Shown: in pieces, positions 27,283 to 37,520 of the stretch
How positions within the stretch are numbered: the first letter of the stretch is position 1
Layout of the letters: the number at the start of each line of letters is the position of its first letter
Sequence record: OM728297.1
Reading direction: 5' to 3' (one strand)
Length of the DNA: 64,000 nt
Position numbers and translations under genes: made by a program
The notes under the pieces: generated by a model
What the model was told of the DNA's origin: nothing
The model's database searches: none
Seen by the model: only the letters and a program-made list of their open reading frames with translations

Positions 27283-27477
27283 ATGGAAGATATGATTCTA
27301 TTTAGTATTGAGTTAACACCATCTGAACGTGATATTTATGAGGTAGAATTAAAGAATAGAATTTCTAATTTGTTGAAATTAAGAGTAGTTAAAAGAAATA
27401 ATAGAGAAATAGATAAACGTATTTATGTCCTTAGAAAGATTTTAAAAAAATTAAGGAATAATGGAGGACAAGAATAA
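27283..27477 (+). CDS. Hypothetical protein
   Basis: ORF track. Confidence 0.65.
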   Translation: MEDMILFSIELTPSERDIYEVELKNRISNLLKLRVVKRNNREIDKRIYVLRKILKKLRNNGGQE

Positions 27478-27992
27478 TGGAACAGAAATCTGTAAAAGAT
27501 TTATTGAAATTAAGAATTAGTAAAATCTCATTAGATAATGAATTTAGCAAAGTAAATGAAGATGATATCGAAAAAATTACTAATGAAATTCTTGATAATA
27601 TTGATAAAACAATATTAACTAAACATGATTTTGATCATTATTTAAGAAATAATGTAAATCCTCATATTATTGATGATATTGTTCTAGAAGCAATAAAAAA
27701 GTATCTATATGGTACAATAAAACCATATTATACACCAGATACTAAAAACTATGTATTTTTACTATTAATGAACAATGGAACCTACGAAAGAGATTTTGAT
27801 GAATCTGGTATTGGATATTCAGATGAACAAATTGAGAAAAATGAAAATCTAGCTGTTTTAAAAACATTCTTAACTATTATTAGTCTTGAAACAATCACTG
27901 GTGGAGAAGAGAATGTTGAAAAGCATGTTAAGCAATTAATGAAAGATTATGGAGTAAGTAGAGATAGAATTAAGCATTTTTCTATTAATTAA
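27477..27992 (+). CDS. Hypothetical protein
   Basis: ORF track. Confidence 0.7.
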   Translation: MEQKSVKDLLKLRISKISLDNEFSKVNEDDIEKITNEILDNIDKTILTKHDFDHYLRNNVNPHIIDDIVLEAIKKYLYGTIKPYYTPDTKNYVFLLLMNNGTYERDFDESGIGYSDEQIEKNENLAVLKTFLTIISLETITGGEENVEKHVKQLMKDYGVSRDRIKHFSIN

Positions 27993-28004
27993 AGGAGGAT
28001 TATC

Positions 28005-28148
28005 ATGAAATTTAGATTAACTGACTTACAAGGAAATAAAATCATGACTTATCATGCAAATAGTAAAACTGAGGCTACTAATTATTTTAGGAATTATTTA
28101 AATACAATAGGTAAAAACCTTAGAGGACTAAAAGTAATTGGGGAATAA
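28005..28148 (+). CDS. 47-aa hypothetical protein
   Basis: AAGGAGG RBS; manual translation MKFRLTDLQGNK... Confidence 0.65.
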   Translation: MKFRLTDLQGNKIMTYHANSKTEATNYFRNYLNTIGKNLRGLKVIGE

Positions 28149-28150
28149 TA

Positions 28151-28195
28151 AATAAAGGATAGAGATATTTAACCTCTATCCTTTATTTTTTTTTT
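28151..28195. terminator. Bidirectional terminator
   Basis: AATAAAGGATAGAG/CTCTATCCTTTATT plus T-run between convergent units. Confidence 0.8.
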
Positions 28196-28204
28196 ACATG
28201 CTTA

Positions 28205-29335
28205 TTATTCTGAATATATTTTACCAATTTCTCTCTTAAGATGAACTAAAGCTTTATTTAAATACAATGCATTATAAATATCTACTGTCATACGAGAAAC
28301 GATACTTAATGGACTCATAATGGCTTCAATATTCTCATCTGGATCATTCTCACTAAAAGGCTCTTGATCTTTAGGAATAACATCAGATACAATTGTCTTA
28401 AGTGCTGTATAATACGTAATCTTATCTCCAATACCAAGTTCATCATCATACTCAATATAAATTTCAATGAGTAGTCCATCTACCTCAGTACCTTTAATTT
28501 TCTCACCTGATTGCTTTTGAATAGGTTTAAGATTAACAGAAGTCAGATCATTAGTAACAGACTTAATCTTATCTTCTTTCTTCTTACTATCTTTAATATA
28601 GTTCTTCAGAATCTTTTGTACTGAAGGAGAAAACTCACTGATATCTTTATTGTAATACATTACAACATCTACAATCTTACCAGTATATTTAGAACTTACT
28701 TTGTTCTTAGATAACTCATTAATAGTCTCATTAAAGTCATCTCCTAGTTTATCTAAGAGTTGGTTGAGTGATTTATCTTCAAAGGAGTTTTCAAAGATAA
28801 TCAATGGATCACCAGTCTTAACCATATCGCCTTTCTTAACAATAAAGTCAATGTTTGAGTTAACTCCAAGAGCAAGTTCTTTCTTCATAGTAATTTTAGT
28901 AGATAGGTCTTGAGATAAGCTTTCTGTGATAATACTACTATCTTCATACGTGTAATCTGCGCTTGCTAGTGCTACTTTACAAAGCTTCCCTGTAGTATAC
29001 GTGATATCATCTTTCTTATCGCCAAGGAAGTAACTTGGATTCTTCGCTAGGATATCATCTTTTTTGAATTTCTCTCCTACTTTGATAATGAGTTCTTTAC
29101 GATTAGCGATATAGAAACCGCCATTACTATTCTTACTCATATGCTCGGAGAGATCAATGACGTCTTTCTTACCATCATTATAACGAACGACAGCTAACTC
29201 ATGTTCTTCATCTATGGACTCTAGAACCCCATCTTTTTTTGCTCTAAACACAAAGTCGTCACTTAGAATATAAGCAACAGTCTTCTCTACACCACTACCA
29301 AATAGAGGTTTAGATTGCTTTGTGGTAGGAATGAT
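28205..29335 (-). CDS. rpoB: Virion RNAP beta-like subunit, exon 3
   Basis: IIPTTKQSKPLFGSGVEK aligns to AVPTLRADKPLVGTGMER; YEDSSII, GDKIT, IVSRM. Confidence 0.9.
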   Translation of the reverse strand: MIPTTKQSKPLFGSGVEKTVAYILSDDFVFRAKKDGVLESIDEEHELAVVRYNDGKKDVIDLSEHMSKNSNGGFYIANRKELIIKVGEKFKKDDILAKNPSYFLGDKKDDITYTTGKLCKVALASADYTYEDSSIITESLSQDLSTKITMKKELALGVNSNIDFIVKKGDMVKTGDPLIIFENSFEDKSLNQLLDKLGDDFNETINELSKNKVSSKYTGKIVDVVMYYNKDISEFSPSVQKILKNYIKDSKKKEDKIKSVTNDLTSVNLKPIQKQSGEKIKGTEVDGLLIEIYIEYDDELGIGDKITYYTALKTIVSDVIPKDQEPFSENDPDENIEAIMSPLSIVSRMTVDIYNALYLNKALVHLKREIGKIYSE

Positions 29336-29688
29336 CGTTAACTTCCATTAGGTTCGCTACATCTAATGCGTTCTCTTATGAACTGCTCTATATTTCTATA
29401 GAGACGAGACTATATCACTATCCTTATCTATTAAGGATAACCCCCATTTCCATTTAAGGGATTCTCACCCACTCCAATCGCTTGAGCCGTACTCCTATTG
29501 CGGAATTTCACCGCTACTCACAATCCTAAGATTGCTTTCGGATAGTCGTTGAACCTTACTCATAAAGAGTCTTGGATGCTGATTGCCCATATATCCTTTA
29601 GATTGTTACACTTTGGTACTAAAGGCTTTAGGATTTTCCAGCAGTTAAAGGGTTTTGCTAGCAATATTACTACTACTAGGCACGAATC
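29336..29688 (-). mobile_element. Group I intron (IA2-like, ORF-less, 353 nt)
   Basis: P1 GCAU/GUGC with U-G at the 5' splice site; AACUGCUGGAA, AAUCAGCAUCCAAG, GUUCAACGACUA, GAUAUAGUCU core; terminal G; splicing restores the frame. Confidence 0.92.
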
Positions 29689-29872
29689 ATGCTTTTGCTG
29701 CGTTGTTTGCATTCCAACGCGCGGTGGGTCGGCATGACGAGCAGTAAAGGAGTTTAATAACTCTGCCGGACCATAGATATTTGTTGTATCATTCTTTGTA
29801 TCTGGATTGGTGTCCAAGAATCCTCGTGTGTTTTTGAATGCTGGATCAAATGTGAGTTGCCGGACTACGCCA
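29689..29872 (-). CDS. rpoB: Virion RNAP beta-like subunit, exon 2 (184 nt)
   Basis: (V)GVVRQLTFDP...HADPPRVGMQTTQQKH aligns to beta IGLINSLS...HDDANRALMGANMQRQ. Confidence 0.9.
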
Positions 29873-30029
29873 CAATACCTTCCATTAGATTCGCTACATC
29901 TAATGCGTTCTCTTATGAACTGCTCTATGTTACCATAGAGATGAGACTATATCAATGCCCTTTTATTAAAGGGCATCTCCCATTTCCATTTAAGGGATTC
30001 TCACCCACTCCAATCGCTTGAGCCGTACT

Positions 30030-31064
30030 CTACTCATTATAAATCTCTTTAAAATAATCTTTATTGATATTTGTGTAATATAATTTATCATTATATATTT
30101 TTTCATTAATAATTGCATAGAGATTATAATTTTCGATAGTCGTTGAACTTTCTTTAAATAATAATAGGTTAGAAAGAATTTTATCTAAATGATTTAAGTT
30201 TTTATAGTTGATGCGAATTAAGTCAATGTTATTTTCCTTGCAGAATGAATTTTTAAGATGGTCTCTTAAGCTTGTTTTTCTAGTATCTTTTAAAGTAATA
30301 AAATTTCTCGGTTCAAAATGTTGTTCGCCATCATATTCTAATAATAACTTTAATTTACCATCTTCATAAATACCAAAATCAAATTTTAGAGGAAAAGTTA
30401 ACTTACATCTACTATCTGTATATTGAGTAACATATTCAATATTATTTTTAATTAAAAAATCCTCTATTACTTTTTCACCTTTTGAAATTGGTTTACAATT
30501 AGGACAACGTTGACGCTTGTTAGTAAAGTCTTGTGGTCTCATTTCAAAGATACTATTACATGTTAAATGACGAAATTTTAATTTAATCTCATTATTTATA
30601 TATTCTTGATTAGGTTCTAATTCATAATCAGAATCAATTTCTCTTATTCTTCTATAGAATTCTTCTGTTGTAGGTTTTCTATTACGGCTACAATTTGGAC
30701 ATCTATTACCATTATGAAATAAGTCAGGTCTTACATCATAAATATGACCACATTTATTGTGAATCATTGAAATTGGTGTTTTGTTATTTATATAAGTGCC
30801 CAATACTGTATATTCGTCACCTACTAAATTTTTAACTTTTTGAATAAAAGATTCATTTGTTTTCCTTACACCACCATTACAAAAACGACATCTTTTTCCT
30901 TGTTTAAAACTTCCCGGAGAGACCATATATTCATTCTTGCAAACATTGTGTCGAACTTTTATCTTAGTTCTAATATTTATATACTCTCCTAAGATAGTAT
31001 ATTCGTCACCTACTATATCATAAATCATTTTCACATATTCATCATGTGTTAATCTTTTAACCAT
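30030..31064 (-). CDS. Intron-encoded homing endonuclease (tandem Zn-ribbons plus Vsr/DUF559-like PD-(D/E)xK domain)
   Basis: Repeated H..CG...G.RCPxC units; SKGE...FDF...EYDGEQH. Confidence 0.85.
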   Translation of the reverse strand: MVKRLTHDEYVKMIYDIVGDEYTILGEYINIRTKIKVRHNVCKNEYMVSPGSFKQGKRCRFCNGGVRKTNESFIQKVKNLVGDEYTVLGTYINNKTPISMIHNKCGHIYDVRPDLFHNGNRCPNCSRNRKPTTEEFYRRIREIDSDYELEPNQEYINNEIKLKFRHLTCNSIFEMRPQDFTNKRQRCPNCKPISKGEKVIEDFLIKNNIEYVTQYTDSRCKLTFPLKFDFGIYEDGKLKLLLEYDGEQHFEPRNFITLKDTRKTSLRDHLKNSFCKENNIDLIRINYKNLNHLDKILSNLLLFKESSTTIENYNLYAIINEKIYNDKLYYTNINKDYFKEIYNE

Positions 31065-31092
31065 TGTTTAAACCTGCCTTTATTAAATTTAA

Positions 31093-31104
31093 TAATTAAA
31101 TGTT
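31093..31104 (-). promoter_or_regulatory. Late promoter inside the intron, upstream of the endonuclease
   Basis: AACA tttaat TA in the loop of hairpin 31066..31123. Confidence 0.7.
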
Positions 31105-31230
31105 AACTGAGTCAGGTAAAAACATAATTATTTAAAGCTTAGCTTCTGATTGTCCTCTAATAAAGAGGAGTTCCCAGAAATTAGAGAGATTTAGACATAC
31201 TATTACTAGTATGAATGGCTATACAGGTTA

Positions 31231-34109
31231 ACCTTATCACTATCCGGCGTTGACATTGCCATGATTCCACGCATACTAGGATCATAAGCACGAATATCAG
31301 TTGTGTAAGCATCATCCAAGTTCCTTCCTGAAAGCCCCTTATAAGTAGCCGCACCACCCTTTTCAATTTCCAAAGAAGGGTTAAGGACACTATATTCATC
31401 GACAGTAGGTGAATTCATTAATGTCTTTAATAGAATATCCTGTGGAACAGACATCTTAATAGGATTACCAGCTTTCAGTGTATCCTTATACGTTTTAAAT
31501 GAATCTGCCAAGATTTTATATAAGTAGGCATTTACTTGCTCAGTACCACGAATTCGATATGAACTCATATCATTCAGTGGACTATAGCTCATATCTTCCA
31601 ATAAGGTATTCGCATACAACAATATGTCATAGATATTCTCAGGTAATTCTAACTGTTTCAGTACATCTAATGTAATAGGATCGACCATTAGAGATAGAGT
31701 ATTATGAAGACCTTTACCCATATTTCTACTACCGAACATCTCATAGAAAGTCTCAATGTAAGGATCTTTAGAGTTCATTTCTTCAAATGTATACTCTTCA
31801 GTAGCCATAGTACTTAGACCACTTAATAATAGGGAATTTCTCAATAAAGAATTATTATAATATAGGTATCCATCTTTAAAACGGATCTTGTCATAGTCAT
31901 CATCAATTGTAATTCTCTTATTCTTAGTATCAAAGCTATATTCAATATTATATCTTTCTAATAAATCTTCTAATCCTAGTTCATATCCAAGAAGAACCAC
32001 AAGGGGAATCATTCTATTATTAATACGAACTCGGTTATATGCTAGAGATTTAGAATTACTTAAAGAAGATAATTTTTTATAAGCTTCCTCACTAAGTGAA
32101 GTAACAACAACTTTAATAATGAGTTCTGAAAGACTCATATCAGTATTTTCTTGTTTCTTATTATTAATCAGATAAACTCTTTTACTTGAACGCTTAAGAG
32201 CAATAACATTTTCATTATCTTTTGTATGACCGATTGGTAAGAATTGTTTATCATCAATATTAATCTTAGCAAGCTTAGCCATATTATCAAGATCACTCTT
32301 CAATAAATCTTCTACTTCTTTTTGATTGAACATAAGTTTATATTCATCATTCTCTAGGCTTAGGAGGAAGGAAGAGATCTCATTATATTCAAGAGTTGTT
32401 TCATATCCCTCATTAATTGTTAGAGCATTACCTAAGCGATAATTAAACTTCTTACCTGATACTTTAAATTCATTTAAATCCATACCAAAGAGTTTCTTAA
32501 GTTTCTCAGTTTTATGAGATAGCTTAGAACCAAAGCGCATGACAAAAAACTTATTGTAGTTAGTAGTAATCTGAACTTCATCAGGTTTTGTTTTTACAAT
32601 TGGTAGAGATAGAATTTGTTTCAGAATCAATTTTTTACCACCATTAATATTCATAAATCTGCCATCTCTGATAATAGGATAATCGAATTTAACAGTATGC
32701 TTTACATTACGGTCATCTTGGAAAGTAACAGTATAAGTTAGTTTCTTTGATAAATCAGTAGATGTGTCTTCTGTTTTAATATCACTTACAAATAATTTAA
32801 CATCACTATCTCCATTAAATGATGAAAGAACTGCAACTAAATCTTTTTTCATCTGTTTTTCAAAATAGCTCATATCAAAATCTTTAAGATTTGAATATCT
32901 AGTTTCTTCTTGAATAACATTTGTATTGGTAATTGGCTTTCGATCAATACTTGTTGATTTAAAGTCATCAATAATATCCTGAATATTAATATCATCAAGA
33001 GTAACTTGTTTTTGTTTTTCTTTTAAACGTTCAAGAGTCTTTCTCTGTTTAATTTCATCTCCACCAGTAGACTGAAGCTCTTTAAGAGTTGAAACGTCAG
33101 CTTTTAATTCCTTACTGTTATTTAAGATATCAATGATTTCATCTTCACTTTTATCAAGAATATCTTCATCACTTGAATCAATAGCTTTCTCAATATCATC
33201 ACCAATCTTATCAGTAACTTCAATTGCACTACTAGATAGTTTTGTATTTCCATCGATTTGGAAATTACTTAATAATTTTTCTTTAACTCTTTCAGATTTT
33301 TCTTTTACTAATGCATCTCTCTTGTTTTCTGTTTCTTGAGTTGCATCTTCTTTACCTAAAGGTTTTTCATCATTATTAGTCTTCTGATGATTTGCTGTTT
33401 TAATAAGAATATTTAATGCATTAAGGAATCTATTTGCAAGAAGATTAGAAAGTTCATCATTAATATTGAATTTAATAAATGTATTATTAACTGTAGTATA
33501 AAAAATAAAGTCTACATTCTTAAGCTCTTTCTTCTGTTCCTCTGTTAATAGCTTTCTCTTAATTGCCATATAGATATAAGCAAAAGGTGTTCTTGCATTA
33601 TTTAAGTCAAAGAATGATGGATCAAGAACATTGTCAGGAACAGGAATTGCTACTGCCTTATTTTCATATGATGCGCCCTCTTTAATTTTAGATATAAGAA
33701 AATCAAAATACATTTCAACTCGTTTTCTTCCACGAACTTTAATCTCTACTTCATTCTCAAGATGCTCATTTGTAATATCATAGATCAAGTTAAGATCATT
33801 ATAATTAGTTAAAGCACGTTTAGTATAAATAATACTAGAGCATTTTGCTTTTACCTCATCATAATATTTCTTTTGATCTACAATAATCCTTTTATTCTTC
33901 TGAATGGTGTTGAATGCTCTTGGAATATATACTCCTCTAAAAAAAGAAGGACTGAATATATTAGAATTAATAAAATCAAATATCTCACTTTGATTATTTC
34001 CTGAAAAGAAAATCAAATTTGAATTACGGTCATTTTTCCTTTTTTTAATGGATGAAAGTTTTATATTAGAGTACACTCTCAATTCCTTGAGATTATCAAG
34101 ATAAAACAA
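31231..34109 (-). CDS. rpoB: Virion RNAP beta-like subunit, exon 1 (spliced product about 1397 aa)
   Basis: YPIIRDGRFMNINGGKK, MSTPDSDKV aligns to ETPEGPNI; late promoter at 34135..34146. Confidence 0.9.
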
Positions 34110-34200
34110 TTATACCCACTTCCTTTCTTAACAATATCTATTTGTTTACATAAGAAATTAAAAATAAAAAGATAAGGTTTTATCCTTATCTTTTTATTAT

Positions 34201-34485
34201 TTATTCTGTTACAGTTTCATCATTACTAGTTCTATTTAAATTATCTTTATTATAAATAGTAATAATATCATTTTCTATAATATCAGATTCATCTGAAAAC
34301 GAGAATTCTCTTTTTATATATTTAATTAAATCATCTTTATCTTTAAAATTTTCCTGAGTATAAGGATCAAATGGTTGATAATAAAACTGTTGTCCACTAG
34401 GAATAAAGTAACCATCTGTAACCCATCTTCCATCTTTTTCTTGTCTGAGTATAAATTGCTTATCATGACTTTCCATAGTTGACAC
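34201..34485 (-). CDS. Small tail-associated protein
   Basis: Last gene of a late tail operon. Confidence 0.6.
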   Translation of the reverse strand: MSTMESHDKQFILRQEKDGRWVTDGYFIPSGQQFYYQPFDPYTQENFKDKDDLIKYIKREFSFSDESDIIENDIITIYNKDNLNRTSNDETVTE

Positions 34486-34487
34486 CC

Positions 34488-35069
34488 CTATACAGTTTTC
34501 GTTTCATTTTCACTAGAAACCTTCAAGTTAATCAATACTTCACTCTTATTTTTAAGAACTACTGTAATAACAAAATCACCAAGAACTAATGGAGTTCCTT
34601 TGATCATTTCACTATCAGCATCATAATACAAACTTGAAGGCAATCCTTTAACCTGTTTAATAAGAGATACTTCACTTGTATTTAATTTTACGGTTAGTGA
34701 ATGTCCTGAAACTGCATTAATTGAAAAGTCTTGTAGACCATTTACAGAAGGTTTTAGATAAATAGTATAGTCCATTTTAACATCAATTGTTGACTTAAGT
34801 GAAGTTACACTTGTTAAAAATAATTTGTCTTCTTTATTTTCTTTAACAACCAGATTGGAAAAACCACTTAACACAGGTTTATTAGGATTAAAATTACATA
34901 GAGTTGCCTGTGTTTTCCCTATAGAATCATTGATATTTTTAACATAAAAAGTATTTGTTATTATATGATTATCAAGATTATTTAAATCTGTAATTTTTCC
35001 ATCTTTAACATTAAGTTCATTTTTCACCTTAAAACCATTTAAATAAGTTAATCTAGTTTTAACAATCAC
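34488..35069 (-). CDS. Tail protein with putative Ig (He_PIG-like) domain
   Basis: GLPSSLYYD...IKGTP...GDFVITV. Confidence 0.6.
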   Translation of the reverse strand: MIVKTRLTYLNGFKVKNELNVKDGKITDLNNLDNHIITNTFYVKNINDSIGKTQATLCNFNPNKPVLSGFSNLVVKENKEDKLFLTSVTSLKSTIDVKMDYTIYLKPSVNGLQDFSINAVSGHSLTVKLNTSEVSLIKQVKGLPSSLYYDADSEMIKGTPLVLGDFVITVVLKNKSEVLINLKVSSENETKTV

Positions 35070-35074
35070 CTTAC

Positions 35075-37033
35075 TTAACTCCCTTCATAAGAAGTATAAG
35101 TAGAAATGGCTCCTGAACCAGTTATTATGATTGGTACTCTTGTAGGTGAAGTTGAACTTGTTGAGACATTATATGATTTATCTTGACTATCTCTAAATAT
35201 TGCATTTCCTTCAAGCATTAGTTTGATTTCTGTCTCTTTTAATTGTCCTGTCATATCTCTTGCCTCGACTAGTATTGCACTTTCAATGTTTTGATCTACA
35301 TAAGTGATATCTGTATCTTCAAAACTAACAGAGATATCTACTGATAGGAAAGGACTAACCATTTCTAAATTAGCGCCTTCTTTATTCCTTACAAACCAAA
35401 CTCTTTCTAAATCATCAATACCTATTGATCTAATAGGATCAGTAATATTCTCTACTAATGAAAATCTCTTTGTAGTAGAATCAGCAGTATAAATCCAGAA
35501 ACCGTTATTCTTAATAATTGTAATAAATTGATCACCTAATGGAAAAATTGCTTTAACACCATCTAAATGAAAATCTTTAAAAGGAATAGAATCTCTTAAA
35601 GTTAGATTCAACCCTGTGTCATCAAATTGTAAAAGATGAATTGGGAATTCTTTTGTTTTACTATTAGTTGCTAAGTAAGCAGCATTCATTGAACCAGATC
35701 TAGCATTTGAAGTTGATGCAGGTGAATAATAATTAATCCAATCACTATAAAAGACTTCATTTAAGTGTGAAAATACATTTCCAATATATAAATATTTAGT
35801 ATTATTAACACTAATAGAACCAATTTGAATTGAAAAAAGATTTATACCATTGTCTTGATAAGCATAAAGCGTTTTTAAATCTAATCCATTAATATTAAGA
35901 TTTGTTACAGTTCCTACTTTTCCATTAGGAATGTCTATAGGTAATTTACAAAGAGAACTATTTGAACCAGTTGCGTATTCCATTTGTAAATAATACAAAC
36001 AGCTTTCTTTAGTATTAAAATATGGTATTTGTCTAGCAAATGTAGAAAAGCCTGTTGTTGCTCCTGCATGAATATTTTTACTGAATAAAACTGTTTCAAC
36101 TAATGTTGGTGAAATCATCTTGATTATTAGCTTTGTTTTTGGTCCAGACATTGTATATGTTGTACCATCTTCCTTGGTCACAGTTTCATTATTAAAAATA
36201 TAACCTTGTGTTAAAATTATTAAACTGCCATTGGAAGTTTTACCTAGTATATTTAAAATTTCTTCTCCACTTAGAGTATAACTTTTAGTTAAATTTAAGT
36301 TTTTATCAAATAGTAATATACTATCATTTAAGTTAACATTATTATAAGCTGTTGAGGTCGGAGCCAAAGAATACTGATTTAAAGCAGCGGCACTATAATA
36401 ATTATTACTATAAAATGAAGGTGATAAAAATTGATTACTGGCGTATTTGTTTAATTCAAGATATTCTTTTCCATATAAATCATTTTTAGAAATTTCACTA
36501 TTACTAGGTGATCCAGAAGTACCTGAATTATTTATTCCATTCGCTCCATAATTTATCATATTCCTAACAACGATGAATGAACTTTCATCTAACTTAACTA
36601 ACGAAGTTTTTCCCAATCCATTTGAAAATCTATAGGTATTTAAGATTTTTCCATATTTATATTGATAAATAGCGCAACCAGTATTTCCAGAACTTTCCGA
36701 TACTCTAATTTCTGTACCATCATTGAATGAAATTGAATTCTGAAAGATTGTTTCATCTTTCCGATATGGTAATCTTCCTCCTACAAAAGCAGTTCTACCA
36801 TCATAATTAATACTATGAGTTCTTGTTCTTGTATTAATATTATTTGCATTAGCTGGTGTTGCATAACTAAAGTATGGTGATCTTGCAACTTTCTCTTCTT
36901 GTAAAGAATTTTTATTATACGTCTTTCCATTAATTAAAATTGTATTACTCTCTTCCTGAAACAAAGGAAAAGAAGTAAAATTATCTCTTGTAATTGAGAA
37001 ATTTCCTTGACCAATTGAATAAATTACACTCAT
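35075..37033 (-). CDS. Putative tail fibre/baseplate protein (beta-propeller plus Ig-like C-terminus)
   Basis: Beta-rich; late operon context. Confidence 0.55.
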   Translation of the reverse strand: MSVIYSIGQGNFSITRDNFTSFPLFQEESNTILINGKTYNKNSLQEEKVARSPYFSYATPANANNINTRTRTHSINYDGRTAFVGGRLPYRKDETIFQNSISFNDGTEIRVSESSGNTGCAIYQYKYGKILNTYRFSNGLGKTSLVKLDESSFIVVRNMINYGANGINNSGTSGSPSNSEISKNDLYGKEYLELNKYASNQFLSPSFYSNNYYSAAALNQYSLAPTSTAYNNVNLNDSILLFDKNLNLTKSYTLSGEEILNILGKTSNGSLIILTQGYIFNNETVTKEDGTTYTMSGPKTKLIIKMISPTLVETVLFSKNIHAGATTGFSTFARQIPYFNTKESCLYYLQMEYATGSNSSLCKLPIDIPNGKVGTVTNLNINGLDLKTLYAYQDNGINLFSIQIGSISVNNTKYLYIGNVFSHLNEVFYSDWINYYSPASTSNARSGSMNAAYLATNSKTKEFPIHLLQFDDTGLNLTLRDSIPFKDFHLDGVKAIFPLGDQFITIIKNNGFWIYTADSTTKRFSLVENITDPIRSIGIDDLERVWFVRNKEGANLEMVSPFLSVDISVSFEDTDITYVDQNIESAILVEARDMTGQLKETEIKLMLEGNAIFRDSQDKSYNVSTSSTSPTRVPIIITGSGAISTYTSYEGS

Positions 37034-37044
37034 AAATATCCTCC

Positions 37045-37437
37045 TTAGATACTTTTAATAGAATAAGTTAATGTACAGTTTCCTCCTATAGAAATGACAA
37101 GATCACTTCTTTGTGAAGAAAATGCCATTACTTTTCCTGCATCTATATTTCCTTCATGTAATACTGAACCTAATGATGTAATCTTAAAAGGAATAGCTAT
37201 AGAATTTTTGTTTTTAATATTAATACTACAGCTTATTACAGATGTTCCCCCAATCGTATTTAATATATTAGACATATTAAATATTTCAGTTAAATTTGTT
37301 ATATTAGTAAAATCTTTAGTCTCACTTTTTGAGTTTACTGATAGGGAATTCTTTTGTAAGCTAAGAATATCTTCCTTAATAGTGTTACCAATGATACCCT
37401 TTATTTGATTCTGATTAATCAATAAGTTCACCTCCAC
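37045..37437 (-). CDS. Putative virion protein
   Basis: Late promoter at 37440..37451. Confidence 0.55.
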   Translation of the reverse strand: MEVNLLINQNQIKGIIGNTIKEDILSLQKNSLSVNSKSETKDFTNITNLTEIFNMSNILNTIGGTSVISCSINIKNKNSIAIPFKITSLGSVLHEGNIDAGKVMAFSSQRSDLVISIGGNCTLTYSIKSI

Positions 37438-37520
37438 TCTAAATAATTGTTTTTAATTTAGTAAAAATATAAAAAATAAGCATACCCTTTTTTAGAGGTA
37501 TGCTTATCTTGTTTTCCCAA

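Larger units (their letters stand above)
29873..31230 (-). mobile_element. Group I intron (IA2-like, 1358 nt) carrying an endonuclease ORF
   Basis: Begins TAA after exon ...AAGGT; core AAUUUCUGGGAA, AAUCAGAAGCUAAG, GUUCAACGACUA, GAUAUAGUCU; ends UGGAAGGUAUUG. Confidence 0.9.

Noticed and set aside
29549-29817. ORF-track entries 29549..29737 (+) and 29560..29817 (-) as separate genes
   Set aside because: The minus ORF is part of exon 2 reading into the intron; the plus ORF is antisense to the intron and exon.
31181-31399. 72-aa minus ORF, and the NLYSHSY-stop end of ORF 31206..34109
   Set aside because: The first is an alternative frame across the splice site; the second is intron sequence removed by splicing.
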